A stretch of 64,000 nt of DNA from an uncultured Chloroflexia bacterium (GCA_963724295.1 CAVRUC010000010.1:1-64000), one strand, 5' to 3'; counted from the stretch's first letter, positions 37,854 to 50,486 are shown. Notes: generated by a model not told the origin, from the sequence alone. Program-made: numbers and translations.

Positions 37854-38954
37854 GTGATCGATCTCTCCAGTGATACCCAGACCCGACCCTCGCCGACGAT
37901 GCGCGAGTTCATGGCGGCCGCACCGGTCGGCGACGAGCAACTGCGAGAGGACCCCTCGGTCAACCGTCTTCAGGAGATGGCCGCCTCGCTGCTGGGCAAG
38001 GACGCTGCCCTCTTCCTTCCCTCGGGCACGATGTGCAACGCCATCGCCTTCAGTCTCAACGCCAACCGCGGCGAGGCGGTGATCCTCGACCAGGAATCGC
38101 ATCCGAACCAGTCGGAAGCCGGCGGACCAGCCTGGCTAGCCAGCGTCATGCTACGGCCCGTGGCCGGCCCGCGCGGGATCTTCTCCGTCGATCAGATCCG
38201 TCCCCTCCTGAGCAAGGGAGGCACTCACGCGGCGCGCACGGCATTCATCTCGATCGAGAACACGACTAATCGCGGCGGTGGCGCCATCTGGCCACTCGAG
38301 CGGCTAGCGGAGATGCGGGCGCTGGCCGACGAGCGCGGTCTCCGCCTCCATATGGACGGAGCGCGGCTACTCAACGCGGCCGTCGGCTCGGGCATCCCCG
38401 CTGCGACCTTCACCTCGTATGTCGACTCGGTCTGGCTCGATCTCTCCAAGGGCCTGGGCGCGCCGGTCGGCGCCGTCCTGGCCGGGTCCACGGAGTTCAT
38501 CGAGCGCGCCCGGCTGCTGAAGCACATGTTCGGCGGGGCCATGCGCCAGGCCGGTATCATCGCCGCCGGCGGTATCTATGCCCTGGAGCACAACGTCGAG
38601 CGACTCGCCGAAGACCACGCCAACGCCCACTTTCTCGCGGAGGGTCTGGCGCGGATTCCCGGGGTGAAACTGGTCTACGACTCCGTCCCGACCAACATCC
38701 TCTTCTTCGACGTCTCCGGCACCGGGATGACCCCGCAGGAGGTGGAGCGCGGCATCAATGCCCTCGGCGTGCGGATGGGCGGCGGCTATGACGGAGCCAG
38801 AGTGATTCGGGCCGTTACCCACCTCGACGTGACGCGTGACGACTGCGCGATCGCGATCGACGCCGTCCGTCAGGTATGCACCGGCCAAGTCGCTGAAATC
38901 GCGCCGAGTGAGCCCTCACGTCTTCGAGCGACTCAGACCCACGGAGTGCTGTGA
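37854..38954 (+). CDS. ltaE: Low-specificity L-threonine aldolase
   Basis: DLSSDT.T.P, ALFLPSGTM, HMDGARL, SKGLGAPVG, GGAMRQAG. Confidence 0.9.
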   Translation: MIDLSSDTQTRPSPTMREFMAAAPVGDEQLREDPSVNRLQEMAASLLGKDAALFLPSGTMCNAIAFSLNANRGEAVILDQESHPNQSEAGGPAWLASVMLRPVAGPRGIFSVDQIRPLLSKGGTHAARTAFISIENTTNRGGGAIWPLERLAEMRALADERGLRLHMDGARLLNAAVGSGIPAATFTSYVDSVWLDLSKGLGAPVGAVLAGSTEFIERARLLKHMFGGAMRQAGIIAAGGIYALEHNVERLAEDHANAHFLAEGLARIPGVKLVYDSVPTNILFFDVSGTGMTPQEVERGINALGVRMGGGYDGARVIRAVTHLDVTRDDCAIAIDAVRQVCTGQVAEIAPSEPSRLRATQTHGVL

Positions 38955-38961
38955 CCCGAGA

Positions 38962-39057
38962 CAGGTGTCGTTCCGAACGCACGAGGAATCTCGTCGTAGT
39001 CTCGCGTCTGGTCGCAAACGACGAGATCCTCACGCCTTCAGCTCAGGATGACACCTG
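38962..39057. repeat. Imperfect intergenic inverted repeat (REP/MITE-like)
   Basis: caggtgtcgttccga...gaggaatctcgtcgt pairs with acgacgagatcctc...ctcaggatgacacctg. Confidence 0.7.
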
Positions 39058-39211
39058 ATTGATTCCGAGCGCTGGACCCGGCGACTCGATTACCTGGTCA
39101 CAACACGCCACCTGAAATCGAGTTGCCTCGAGCGCAGGTCATCCCTTCTTGCGATATGCTGTGCCCGGTGTACGTACATCCGGCGCGGCGGCGAACGCGG
39201 GGAGGGACACG

Positions 39212-40579
39212 ATGATCCTCTCCTGGAAGGAGACGCGATCCGGCATCGTCAACGCGGACGAACGGCTGCCCTGGGGGCAGACGATCGCCATGGGGTTTCA
39301 GCACGTGCTGGCCATGTTCGGCGCGACCGTCGTCGCTCCGATCATCATGGGCTTCGATCCCAACCTGGCGATCCTCTTCTCCGGTATCGGCACCCTGATC
39401 TTCTTTGCCTTCGTCGGCGGCGCGGTACCCAGCTATCTCGGCTCGAGCTTCGCCTTCATCGGGCCGGTGGCGGCGGTCACCGGTACGGCCGCCGCGAGCG
39501 GTGCTTCTAACGGCATTGGACTCGCCCTCGGCGGCATCATCGCCGCCGCCGTCGTCTATACCCTGATCGGGCTGGTGGTCCATCTGACCGGCGGCGGTTG
39601 GATCGACAACCTCATGCCGCCGCTGGTTACTGGCGCGGTGGTGGCCGTCATCGGCCTCAACCTGGCTCCGGCCGCTCGCAACCTCTCCGCGGCCGATCCG
39701 GTCGTGGCCGCGATCACCATCCTTGCCATCTTTGTCATCGGGCTGCTCACCACCGGCGTCTTCAGCCGGTTACCGATCCTCATCGGGAGCGTGATCGGGT
39801 ATCTCGCGGCACTGCTCCTGGGAGGAACGTCGCCGGACGGGCGGCAGTATCTCGGCGTGACGGTTCACGGCGTCGATCTGGCGCCGGTGGGCGCCGCTTC
39901 CTGGTTCGGCACGCCGGCGTTCCAGGCGCCGGAGTTCAACGGGAGCGCCATGGCGCTCATCGCACCCGTCGCCATCGTCCTGGTGGCGGAGAACACCGGC
40001 CATGTCAAGGCGGTCAGCGCGCTCACCGGGCGGAATCTCACCCCGTACCTCGGGCGCGCGTTCATGGGAGACGGCGTGGCGACCATCGTCGCCGGGCTGC
40101 GGGGCGGCACCGGCGTCACGACGTACGCCGAGAACATCGGCGTCATGGCCGTGACCCGGGTTTATTCGACCCTGGTCTTCCTGATCGCCGGGATCGTTGC
40201 CATCATCTTCGGGCTCTCGCCGAAGTTCGGGGCCATCATCGGCTCGATCCCGCAAGGCGTGCTGGGCGGCGTCACGACCGTTCTCTTCGGTCTCATCGCC
40301 GTAACCGGCGCCCGCATCTGGGTCGACAACCGGGTCGATTTCACGCGGACAGTCAACCTCTTCGTGGCGGCCGTAACCCTGATCATCGGCGCGGCCGACT
40401 ACACCGTGACGCTTGGCGGCTTCACGTTGAACGGGATCACCCTCGGTACCTTCGGGGCGATCGTGCTCTACCAGGTCTTCAAGGGCGCGTCGGATGCGGA
40501 CGATTTCGCGATCGTCGGGGATAGTGCGGAAGCCGAAGCGGAGATTCGCGCCGGAGGGCCGTCTCGACCTCGGCGCTAA
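39212..40579 (+). CDS. NCS2 uracil/xanthine permease (UraA/RutG-like)
   Basis: FQHVLAMFG, PSYLGSSFAF, AENTGH, TTYAENIGV. Confidence 0.93.
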   Translation: MILSWKETRSGIVNADERLPWGQTIAMGFQHVLAMFGATVVAPIIMGFDPNLAILFSGIGTLIFFAFVGGAVPSYLGSSFAFIGPVAAVTGTAAASGASNGIGLALGGIIAAAVVYTLIGLVVHLTGGGWIDNLMPPLVTGAVVAVIGLNLAPAARNLSAADPVVAAITILAIFVIGLLTTGVFSRLPILIGSVIGYLAALLLGGTSPDGRQYLGVTVHGVDLAPVGAASWFGTPAFQAPEFNGSAMALIAPVAIVLVAENTGHVKAVSALTGRNLTPYLGRAFMGDGVATIVAGLRGGTGVTTYAENIGVMAVTRVYSTLVFLIAGIVAIIFGLSPKFGAIIGSIPQGVLGGVTTVLFGLIAVTGARIWVDNRVDFTRTVNLFVAAVTLIIGAADYTVTLGGFTLNGITLGTFGAIVLYQVFKGASDADDFAIVGDSAEAEAEIRAGGPSRPRR

Positions 40580-40587
40580 GAGCCTCG

Positions 40588-42622
40588 CTAACCAACGGGG
40601 AAACTGCCGGCGTCGAGGGGATCGGTGCCAATGCTGACCTCGTCGCCGTCTAGCCAGCCGTCGCCGTCGCTATCCGCGATTCCCGGATCCGTACCGAATG
40701 CCGTCTCGTCCGCGTCCAGCAAGCCGTCACCGTCCGAGTCCACCGCTACCGCGCTGTCGGCAACTAAGGGGTCGGTGCCCGCGGCAAGCTCCGCCCCGTC
40801 GGTGACTCCATCGAAGTCGCTGTCCGCGTTTCCGGGATCGGTTCCGTAGATCGCTGTCTCGTCCGCATCCAGAATGCCATCGGCGTCGGAATCGAGCAGG
40901 GCCGGGTCACCGGTTGGTGCTGGCGGTACGGGAAGGTTGAAGATGTCGACCGAGGCCACCGGTTCGTCGGCATCGATCGTGAGCACGTATCCGTTGCCGT
41001 TGGCCGAGAGCGATAGATCGGGGGCGTAGTAGGTCGCGGTTCCCGGCAACAGCTCCGGCTGCTGGAACAGGTACGTGCCCAGGGGAACGTTCTGCCAGGT
41101 CAACCGAACCGTCCTCGCCAACGGTCGCGTCGGCCAGCTCGATCACGTCGCCATCCTCAGAGACGAGGCGGGCGTCGAAGCCACCGACGGCTTGCGCGCA
41201 GTTAGCCGGGTCGAAGGTATCGATAGTGTCAGTACAACCCAGAATGCGAATCTCGACGGTGCCCAGGCGAGCCCGCGCCACGGCGGTGCTCGAGATGATC
41301 TCCGATTCGGTCGCACGCGGAGTTGCCGTCACGATTGGCGCCGGGCGGGGGGCCGCGGTCGCCGCTCGAGTCGGCGTCGGCGACGGCTCCCGGCCGGGAA
41401 CGGGGGTCTCGACGAGGATCACTGAAGGGCTCCCGGTTGGCTCCGGTTCCGCCGCGTCCGGTGCCGGCGATGCGGCCTCTCCCGCGGCGAAGACATAGAC
41501 ATCGAGGGCATAGTCCGCCGTGTCGCCACCGATCGGGATCAGGTATCCGGCAGACCCATTCGCGCCGAAACCATCGGCGCCGCTGCCGCCGATCCCCTCG
41601 AGTCCCGGCACGAAAAAGCGTTCGAATCCTTCCTTGAACTCGGTCGCCCGCAAGACGTAGTCACCGCCGGCGAGACCGGCCCACGTAGGCAATCCCTGCC
41701 GCTCGGTCGATGGCCCAACATCGCGCAGCGCGGCGCCATCGTCCATCGCCAGCTCGAGCGCAACCGCCACGGGATCGCGCAGGCACCGGCCGGGACTCGC
41801 CTGATCGGGTTCTACTAGCGGCGGGCAAGCGTAGACCGTTACCTGGACCGAGCCGGTACTCACCGGAACCGGTGTGGCCACCGGGGTTGCGGCCACCGCC
41901 GCACCTGGTGCTTCGCGACCGATCACGGCCGCGATCACGGTCGACGGCGCCTGTCCTTCGGCGGTCAGCACCACGTCGCCGCTGAACGTGGCCGCCTCGC
42001 CAACCCTCAGGCTCGCCGCCGATCCGTCGGTCGCCTCGGCGCGAACCGCGCCAAGCGTGACCAGGACGAGAACCGGCGATTCGTTTCCAATGACCGTGGT
42101 CGACTCGCCGGGCTCCAGAAGATCGCGCACCAGGTCGATGTCTCTGGTCCGGCCCGGCGCCGGGAACGGATCACCGGCAAAGACCGGGATGCCATCACCG
42201 GCATCGTCGACCGCGTCCGGTGGTACGAGATCGATCGCGAACACCCCTGTCGGCCGCTCTCCGATGGGGATCAGCCGCGACGTGGGTGAGGCGTGAAACG
42301 CCGCCTCGGCAGGGGCCAACAGAGCGGAGCGCTCACCCTCTTCGACGACGACGCCGCCGGTGTCGACGAGGACAAAACCTGGTCCACCGGCTGGGAGCTC
42401 GGCAGCACTCCCCGGGTCGATCGAGTGGAACACCACGCGCCACGCAGCCTCGTCGGGCATGGTTGCCACACCCTGGGCGATGACCTGCGCGTGCCCACTA
42501 GCGGGGGAAAAGATCTCTCCAGATTGCAGTGCCCGAGCGACGATGCTCAGACCAGGCAGGCTACAAAGCGCACAGGCCAGAACGAGGGCAATCCGTATCC
42601 GCCGGCCTCGGCATCGAGTCAT
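40588..42622 (-). CDS. Secreted multidomain protein with C-terminal DxDxDG Ca-binding (TSP3-like) repeats; frameshift near 41105
   Basis: Signal peptide; [49 protein letters not shown] with GTDP. Confidence 0.75.
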
Positions 42623-42787
42623 CACATGGTCCCTGCGGCGCTCGGGCAAAAGAGCGCAGTCCTGGCAGCGGCGGGCATCCAATCATGCTACCGCAACCGG
42701 AACGCTTTGGCCTGATCCCTTCGCCTCGAGCATGGAGACGTGGCGTGCCACGAGCTGGTCCAGGCTCGGATCCAATGCGGCTTGCGG

Positions 42788-44088
42788 CTACGGCTCAGGG
42801 GCAACGATCTTCCGAACCTGGCCACCGGCCACGCCGTCTTCCCCGGCGAAGGTTGCGTAGTACAGAGCTCCGTCCGGGCCAAACGCAAGATGGGTGGCGC
42901 CAGTCCCGCTTGCAAACACCTCAGGATCTTGGCCGGGCGTCTCATTACGAAGAGCGAAGATCCTGCCACAACCGAAGTCGGCGTAGAGGTACACGCCGTC
43001 GTAGCCACTCCAGCTCTGAACGTCGGGCACGAACGCCCCGCCGGTGATCGTGCGACAGCCATTTTCATGCTCATAGGCGAAGACAGGTTCGACAAATCCC
43101 GATGGCTGCGGGCAGTTCGACGTGCTGCCTGTGACGCACGGTCCCTCTCGCTTGTTCCACCCGTAGTCCGCCTCGGACGCTCCGGCGTTGATCTCTTCCC
43201 AGGCGCCGCCCCCGACGTCGTTGATGTAGAACCGCTGTTCACTGTCGGTGTCGTTCGCGTCGAATGCGATGCGGAACGGGTTGCGCAGTCCCGTCGCAAA
43301 GATCTCCTGGCAAATCGGCGATTGCCGCCGATGCCGGCGTTCTGTTGCCTTTGCTTCTGCGCTCCGCCAGTGTCGGCACATGGCGCCGTCCCTTGCTCCA
43401 GAAACGGGTTTCCATCTGGAATATCGCCGTTCGGGTGGATGCGGAGAATCTTGCCTACGAGCACATCGAGCCGGCGGGCATTGCGGTTGCTGTTTTGCTG
43501 TTCCCCGGTTCTGAGGTCCTCACCGCCGTCACCGACCGAGATGTAGAGCAGGCCATCATTGTCAAACTGGAGATCGCCGCCGTTGTGGTTTCCGCCTGGC
43601 GCCGGAATGTTGTCGATCAGGACGTGCTCGCTCCCGAGCTTCCCGTCAGAACCCATCGTGAAGCGAGAAACCCGGTTTGAGCGATGCGCCGCAGCGCAGC
43701 TCCCACGGCGTTTCTTGTGGGTGTAATAGAGGTAAATAAAGCGATTCGCCGAGAATGACGGGTCGACGGCGACCCCGAGCAGGCCCATCTCGCGATCGGA
43801 ACAAATCCTTCCCTTCAGATTGAGAATTTCGGTGGTCGTTGGATCGTTGTCGGCAACTCGAAAGAGAGCCCCTCCTTGGGTCGAGACCAGGAGGCGGTCA
43901 GTCTCCGAGTCCGGGAGCCAGGCGAAGGCGGTTGGCCGAGGCAGACCACCGGCAACCGGCTGGTCCTCGAATCCTTCTGGAACTAGGGTGAACGCCGCAA
44001 GCCCCTCGGCCGGCAGGAGGAGTCCCAGCACGACGACCAGGATGAACAGCGCCGCCGGCTTGCCTCTCACTGGGTCCGTTCCCCGCAT
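42788..44088 (-). CDS. PQQ-dependent glucose/sorbosone dehydrogenase family protein; frameshift near 43330
   Basis: EMGLLGVAVDP, NHNGGDLQF, GKILRI, then GLRNPFR, DVGG..WEEIN, YGW. Confidence 0.82.
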
Positions 44089-44136
44089 GTTCGCGATCGG
44101 GTGATTAAAGCGATCGTATTGTATGGGTGAATCGGA

Positions 44137-45540
<1,404 letters not shown>

Positions 45541-45618
45541 GGCGTCGTCGGGGCACGGCATGCCGTGCCCCTACCTGCGACCGCCCCGGTCGCGCTCCAG
45601 ATGCGTCTATCTATCCGC

Positions 45619-45834
45619 TTAGGAGAAACGGGCAATAACCGCGCCGGTGTCGATCTCATCACCCTCGCTGACCAGAATCTCCGCGATGGTTCCGTCGCTC
45701 TCGGCGGTAATCGGGATCTCCATCTTCATCGACTGCAGGGTCACCACCGGATCACCAGAAGCGACCGCATCCCCGGACTTGACGTGAACGGTTGCCACCA
45801 GACCCGGTAGCGGGCTGAGCACCTCAGCGGACAT
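45619..45834 (-). CDS. Biotin carboxyl carrier protein
   Basis: SMKMEIP biotinylation motif; RBS GGGAGG. Confidence 0.88.
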   Translation of the reverse strand: MSAEVLSPLPGLVATVHVKSGDAVASGDPVVTLQSMKMEIPITAESDGTIAEILVSEGDEIDTGAVIARFS

Positions 45835-45875
45835 GATTCCGATCCCTCCCATCGTGCCGTACGCGCGAATCCGGT

Positions 45876-46643
45876 TCAAACAGGCGACAGCGGGCGGACC
45901 GGAGCGATTCCGATACCGGCCTCTTCCAGACGTTGTCGCACCCGCCGCGCGACCTCGCCGGAGTTCGGCGCGTCGCCATGAATGCAGATCGACTGGACCG
46001 CCAGCGGCAGCGTGTTCCCTTCGACCGTCCCGACCTCGTTCCGGGTCGCCAACCGCACCGCTCGCCGCGCAACCTCCTCGGGATCCCAGGCGCCCTTGTT
46101 GCGCTCGATGACGAGGCCGCCGCTGTCGTCGTAGTTCAGGTCGACGTAGCCTTCCCGGACGTAGCCGACGCCCGACCTTTCCGCCAGCGCCGGCTCGATC
46201 TCACCCATCCCGTAGAGGACGACGCCGTCGCCGAGCGCCTCCACCGCGCGCACCAGTGCGGCGGCCAACGCCTCATCGACAGCGCTCATGGTGTAGAAGG
46301 CGCCGTGTGGCTTGACATGCTGGAGGCGGCCGCCGGCGGCCTCGGCGAAGGCGCGCAGCGCACCTGATTGGTACATGGTGTAGTCGTAGATCTCATCCGG
46401 CGTCACCTGCATGCGACGGCGACCGAAGCCGAGCAGGTCGGGCAGGCCGACGTGGGCGCCGATGCCGACCCCTTTGGCGACGGCCAGCTCGACGGTCGTG
46501 CGCATCACGGCCGGGTCGCCGCCGTGCCAGCCGCAGGCAATGTTGGCCGAGGTGATGACCTCCATCAGCTCGGCGTCGTTCCCGAGCTGCCAACGCCCGA
46601 AGCTCTCGCCCATATCGGAGTTCAAGTCGATCGTGCGTTCCAT
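45876..46643 (-). CDS. pxpA: LamB/YcsF family protein (5-oxoprolinase subunit PxpA-like)
   Basis: DLNSDMGES, SANIACG.HGGD, HVKPHGA, SICIHGD. Confidence 0.88.
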   Translation of the reverse strand: MERTIDLNSDMGESFGRWQLGNDAELMEVITSANIACGWHGGDPAVMRTTVELAVAKGVGIGAHVGLPDLLGFGRRRMQVTPDEIYDYTMYQSGALRAFAEAAGGRLQHVKPHGAFYTMSAVDEALAAALVRAVEALGDGVVLYGMGEIEPALAERSGVGYVREGYVDLNYDDSGGLVIERNKGAWDPEEVARRAVRLATRNEVGTVEGNTLPLAVQSICIHGDAPNSGEVARRVRQRLEEAGIGIAPVRPLSPV

Positions 46644-46644
46644 C

Positions 46645-47628
46645 TCAGACTCGCTCCAGATTCGCTTCGTCGATCAGGGCCTCGGTCGCCCGCGCCAGGT
46701 CGGCCGCTTCGTCGATCGAGAGCTCTCGGAACCGGATGTGGTCACGCCCCGGCACCATCTGGCCGAGCTTCCACATCGATCCGTAGGCAACGCCGGCGGC
46801 GCAGACGAAGCCGCCCAGCGTCGGTCCATCGACGCAGAGGATGATCGGCTGATCGCCCGAGATGTTCACCGCGCCAACAGCGTAGCCGTTGTCGAGGATG
46901 TTGGAGGGGTGCCCGCCCGCGACCCCACCAGTCGTGCGCGCCCACTGCCAGCTATGCGGCTCCAGCCGGTAGCCCATGCGATTGGAGTTGCGATCGAGCT
47001 TCCAGTTGTGGCTGAAGAAATGCTCGTAGTCATCCCAGGTCCAGTAGTCGGGCGCGGCCTGCGGTCCTGGCACCGCCTCCAGCTCCCACTCCGCGGTGTA
47101 GCTGGGGACGACCGCGGGGTTCACTCTCCGGCCGGCAAGGTCATCAAGATTGCGCGCCGCGTCCCCGATCGCGAGCCGATCCCCTTTCTTGAGCGCGCGG
47201 CCTTCGAAACCACCGATCGCACCCGGCACGTACGTCGCGCGGCTACCCAGGTAGGGTGGCACGTCGATGCCACCGCTGACCGCGAGGTAGGTGCGAAATC
47301 CGGCGCCGGCGACGCTGCCCAGGGCGAGGGTTTGGCCGGGCCTGACCCGATACGACCGCCAGAGGTCGATCGAGTCGCCGTCGAGCTTCGGCTGCATGTC
47401 CGCCCCGGTGAGGGCGATCACCGCGTCCGCATCGAATCGAGCCTGGAAATTCCCGGCGGTGATCTCGAGTCCGGCCGTGCCGGGATCGTTGCCAACCAGC
47501 ACGTTCGCCAGCCGGAACGCGAGATTATCGAAAGGTCCGGCCGGACAAATCCCCTGGTCCAGCAAGCCCTGGCGGCCTGGGAAATCCTGGACCGTCGTCT
47601 GGATGCCCCCTTCGAGCACCTCGATCAT
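46645..47628 (-). CDS. Carboxyltransferase subunit CT_A_B (urea carboxylase/PxpC-like)
   Basis: TTVQDFPGR, ANVLVGN, YLGSRAT, NRMGYRL, HPSNILDNGYAVG, DGPTLGGF. Confidence 0.88.
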   Translation of the reverse strand: MIEVLEGGIQTTVQDFPGRQGLLDQGICPAGPFDNLAFRLANVLVGNDPGTAGLEITAGNFQARFDADAVIALTGADMQPKLDGDSIDLWRSYRVRPGQTLALGSVAGAGFRTYLAVSGGIDVPPYLGSRATYVPGAIGGFEGRALKKGDRLAIGDAARNLDDLAGRRVNPAVVPSYTAEWELEAVPGPQAAPDYWTWDDYEHFFSHNWKLDRNSNRMGYRLEPHSWQWARTTGGVAGGHPSNILDNGYAVGAVNISGDQPIILCVDGPTLGGFVCAAGVAYGSMWKLGQMVPGRDHIRFRELSIDEAADLARATEALIDEANLERV

Positions 47629-47667
47629 GCGTTGCTCTCCCGTCGTTCTCGCCACACGGCCAGCTCG

Positions 47668-48660
47668 CTACGGAACAGGTGTCCGCTCGGCGGCCGCTTG
47701 CTGTCGTCGCCGAAATGCGTCGGTCTCCGGCTTGATCTCTTCCAGGCGCGCCAGGTACTCGCCGACGTCCAACGTCCCTTCGGCGATCTGATACTCGTAG
47801 GTCCCGTCGTAGACCTGCTCTCGCAACGCGATCAGCTCGTCGTCGTTTACGCGGGTGAACGAGACGCGGTCGCCGGGCTTCATCAGGATCGGATTGTCCC
47901 TGAACGCCGGGTTGCGCTGCTGCGCATCGTAGATGGGAATCGTGCGCCCGATGAGCTGATATCCGCCCGGCGAGGGAACCGGGTAGATCGCCAGGCAGGG
48001 GCCGGCGATGCCGACGGCTCCCTCCGGCGTCCACGGTCGGGTCGGGTTGTACTTGGGGATGACCACCGCGTAGCGTGGATCGAGGGGGAACATGAACGGC
48101 AAGCCGGGGAAGAATCCGTTGGCGGCGTTCCACCACGGGGTGGCCATCAGGTATTCGAGAAACTCCTCGGCATCGCGCAATCCGTTGTATTCCGCGGCGT
48201 AGTCGATATTGTTGCCATTGCGGATATTCGGCGCGTCCTTGCGGATGAACTGCACGTACTTGGCGATGTCGGCGCGGGTCCACTGGTCATTGACCGCCAG
48301 CGGCAAGCTGATCTCGCGGCTGGGGATGGTCAGATTCTCGACTGGCGGCAGCGACGCGTAGTGCCTGTCCACCTCCGCGATGAGGTCGCTCGGGCGCAGT
48401 ACCGTGCTGTCGTAGTGGATGAGGATCGAGCGCAAGGCGGGGATCGTCTCGATCACGCCGCCGATGCCGGCGTCCTTGAGCGCCTGGTTGAGACCCAGGA
48501 CGCGAAAGTTCAGCGTCAGATCGAGCTCCATCGGCCCGAACTCGACTAGCAGGAAGCGGTCGCCCGCTGAACGGTAGACCGCGCCGGGACGCCCGTCCTG
48601 AGCTGGGGTCTCCGCCAGGAGCGCCGCATTCGCCCGTCCATTGGCCTGGCCCACTGTCAC
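47668..48660 (-). CDS. Carboxyltransferase subunit CT_C_D (urea carboxylase/PxpB-like)
   Basis: GDRFLLVEFG, GFFPGLP, KYNPTRPWTPEGAVGI, SPGGYQLIGRT; RBS GGGGAGG. Confidence 0.88.
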   Translation of the reverse strand: MTVGQANGRANAALLAETPAQDGRPGAVYRSAGDRFLLVEFGPMELDLTLNFRVLGLNQALKDAGIGGVIETIPALRSILIHYDSTVLRPSDLIAEVDRHYASLPPVENLTIPSREISLPLAVNDQWTRADIAKYVQFIRKDAPNIRNGNNIDYAAEYNGLRDAEEFLEYLMATPWWNAANGFFPGLPFMFPLDPRYAVVIPKYNPTRPWTPEGAVGIAGPCLAIYPVPSPGGYQLIGRTIPIYDAQQRNPAFRDNPILMKPGDRVSFTRVNDDELIALREQVYDGTYEYQIAEGTLDVGEYLARLEEIKPETDAFRRRQQAAAERTPVP

Positions 48661-48850
48661 CTCCCCCTGGTTCGTCCTGTCGTTCGTTTCATTCTCGCGG
48701 ATTATTCGCCCCCGCGCGACCACCCGGCAACGGATAGCAACCTGCGCGGCAGGGCAAATGCTGTGGAAAGTGAGAGTGGTACGAGGCGTGCGATAGAGAG
48801 CGCGCCATGGCAGTTGCCACGCACTCGTAAGCTCCAGAGAGGATCGATCA

Positions 48851-50359
48851 ATGAAGCGGTTTCCCGGCAACCCCGTATCGCGTCTGCTGAGTGTCAGTCA
48901 CTTGGTGGTTCCCCTTGTCGTCGCGTTGATCACCGCGATGGCGGTTTCGACTCCATGGGCTCTCGCCCAAGAGGCGACGCCGACTGTAACCGGCGTGCCC
49001 GACCCGACCGTCCGCGTCGTGCACGCCTCGCCGGATGCGCCGGCCATCAACATCCTCGTTGACGGACAGCCGCTCGCCCAGGATGTTGCCTTCGGGAGCG
49101 CGTCGGAGTATGCGGCGCTCTCGCCCGGCGACCATCAGGTCCAGGTCGTGCCAACGGATGGCGGTGCGCCGATCATCGATCAGGCGGTTACCTTTGATGG
49201 CTGGACTTCCAATATCCTGGCCGTCGTCGGGCAACTGGCCAACATCCAGCTCCAGACGAACATGGTCGACATCACCGAAACCGAGGCCGGTCGGGCGCGG
49301 CTGCGGATCGTCAATGCCGTACCAGACGCTCCAGCCATCAGCGTGGGCGTTTCCGGCACCGACGAGCCTTTGGTCGACGGAGTCCAGTTCCCGAACGCCT
49401 CTGAGTACCAGAACATCGACCCCGGCACGTACGATCTGGACGTGCGCAATGCCGACTCGGGGGAAACGCTGGTAGCGGCCCCGGGCATTCAGGTTGAAGC
49501 CGGACAGGTCTACGATCTCTTCGCACTCGGACAGGCCGGCAACGGGACCGTCCAGCTGTTGCCATTGGTCACTCCGGTCGCCACCGCTTGCAGCGTGACG
49601 CTCGGCGTCGGCGAGCCCACTGACAGCTGTCTGCGGGTCATTCACGCCGCGCCCGACGCTGGTCCGGTTGACATCTACATCGGTGAAGCTCCGATCGCCG
49701 AAGGACTCGATTTTGGCTCCGCTTCCACCTTCGCCGCCGCGCCCAACGGTGAGCAGCAGCTGCGGGTCGTTCCGGCCGGTGCTCCCGTCGATCAGGCGGT
49801 TATCGACATGACCCAGGGATTGACCGCCGGCAGTGCGGCCCAGATTGTCGTGAGCGGCCTCGCCGACGACGTTCAGGCGACGATCGCCGGGGTTGATCTG
49901 CGGGCGTTGCCGGAGAACCAGGCGCGGGTCCGCGTCGTCCATGCCTCACCGGATCTGGACGCGATCGATGTTGCCGTCGCTGGCGGGTCGACCCCGTTCG
50001 AGGGGATCGGATTCCGCAGCCAGTCTGGCTACGTCGTCTTCGATGCCGGAACCTATGGCTTCCAGCTTCGGGAATCCGGAACCGAAACGTTGCTGCTCGA
50101 AGCCCTGGATGTCCCGATCGAAGCGGGGATGGCCTACGACATCGTCGCCATCGGGCAGAGCGAGGATGGCACCTTGCAGATGATGATTCTCAACGCGCCC
50201 ACCGGCGTGCTGACCGGGCCGTCGGCTACCCCGATCGCCGCCACTCCAGCGGGCGCCGCCACCCCGGCTGCCGAGGTCACGCCCATCCTGGCCGTCGGCT
50301 CCACCCCGGTGGTGGAAACTCCTGGCGCGGCGACTCCGGCGGCGACACCGACCTCGTAG
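48851..50359 (+). CDS. Secreted DUF4397 repeat protein
   Basis: Signal peptide; four R(V/I)(V/I)(H/N)AxPD units. Confidence 0.85.
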   Translation: MKRFPGNPVSRLLSVSHLVVPLVVALITAMAVSTPWALAQEATPTVTGVPDPTVRVVHASPDAPAINILVDGQPLAQDVAFGSASEYAALSPGDHQVQVVPTDGGAPIIDQAVTFDGWTSNILAVVGQLANIQLQTNMVDITETEAGRARLRIVNAVPDAPAISVGVSGTDEPLVDGVQFPNASEYQNIDPGTYDLDVRNADSGETLVAAPGIQVEAGQVYDLFALGQAGNGTVQLLPLVTPVATACSVTLGVGEPTDSCLRVIHAAPDAGPVDIYIGEAPIAEGLDFGSASTFAAAPNGEQQLRVVPAGAPVDQAVIDMTQGLTAGSAAQIVVSGLADDVQATIAGVDLRALPENQARVRVVHASPDLDAIDVAVAGGSTPFEGIGFRSQSGYVVFDAGTYGFQLRESGTETLLLEALDVPIEAGMAYDIVAIGQSEDGTLQMMILNAPTGVLTGPSATPIAATPAGAATPAAEVTPILAVGSTPVVETPGAATPAATPTS

Positions 50360-50395
50360 ACCTTCACCCTCGGGCCTGGAAAGCCCGCGGGCACC

Positions 50396-50436
50396 ACAGC
50401 GGCCGCCAGAGCCAAGTGCTCTGGCGGCCGCTGTTT
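50396..50436 (+). terminator. Rho-independent terminator
   Basis: acagcggccgccagagc-caagt-gctctggcggccgctgt-tt. Confidence 0.75.
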
Positions 50437-50457
50437 GCTTCTGGTCCGTCGCTCATC

Positions 50458-50486
50458 TTGACAGGTGGGCGCGCCGGATTGATGAT
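50458..50486 (+). promoter_or_regulatory. Sigma70-type promoter of the ABC operon
   Basis: TTGACA-N17-GATGAT. Confidence 0.5.

Noticed and set aside
48661..48850. Guanidine riboswitch upstream of the carboxylase operon
   Set aside because: I could not see ykkC, mini-ykkC (paired ACGR hairpins) or ykkC-III features by eye; cmscan would be needed to exclude them
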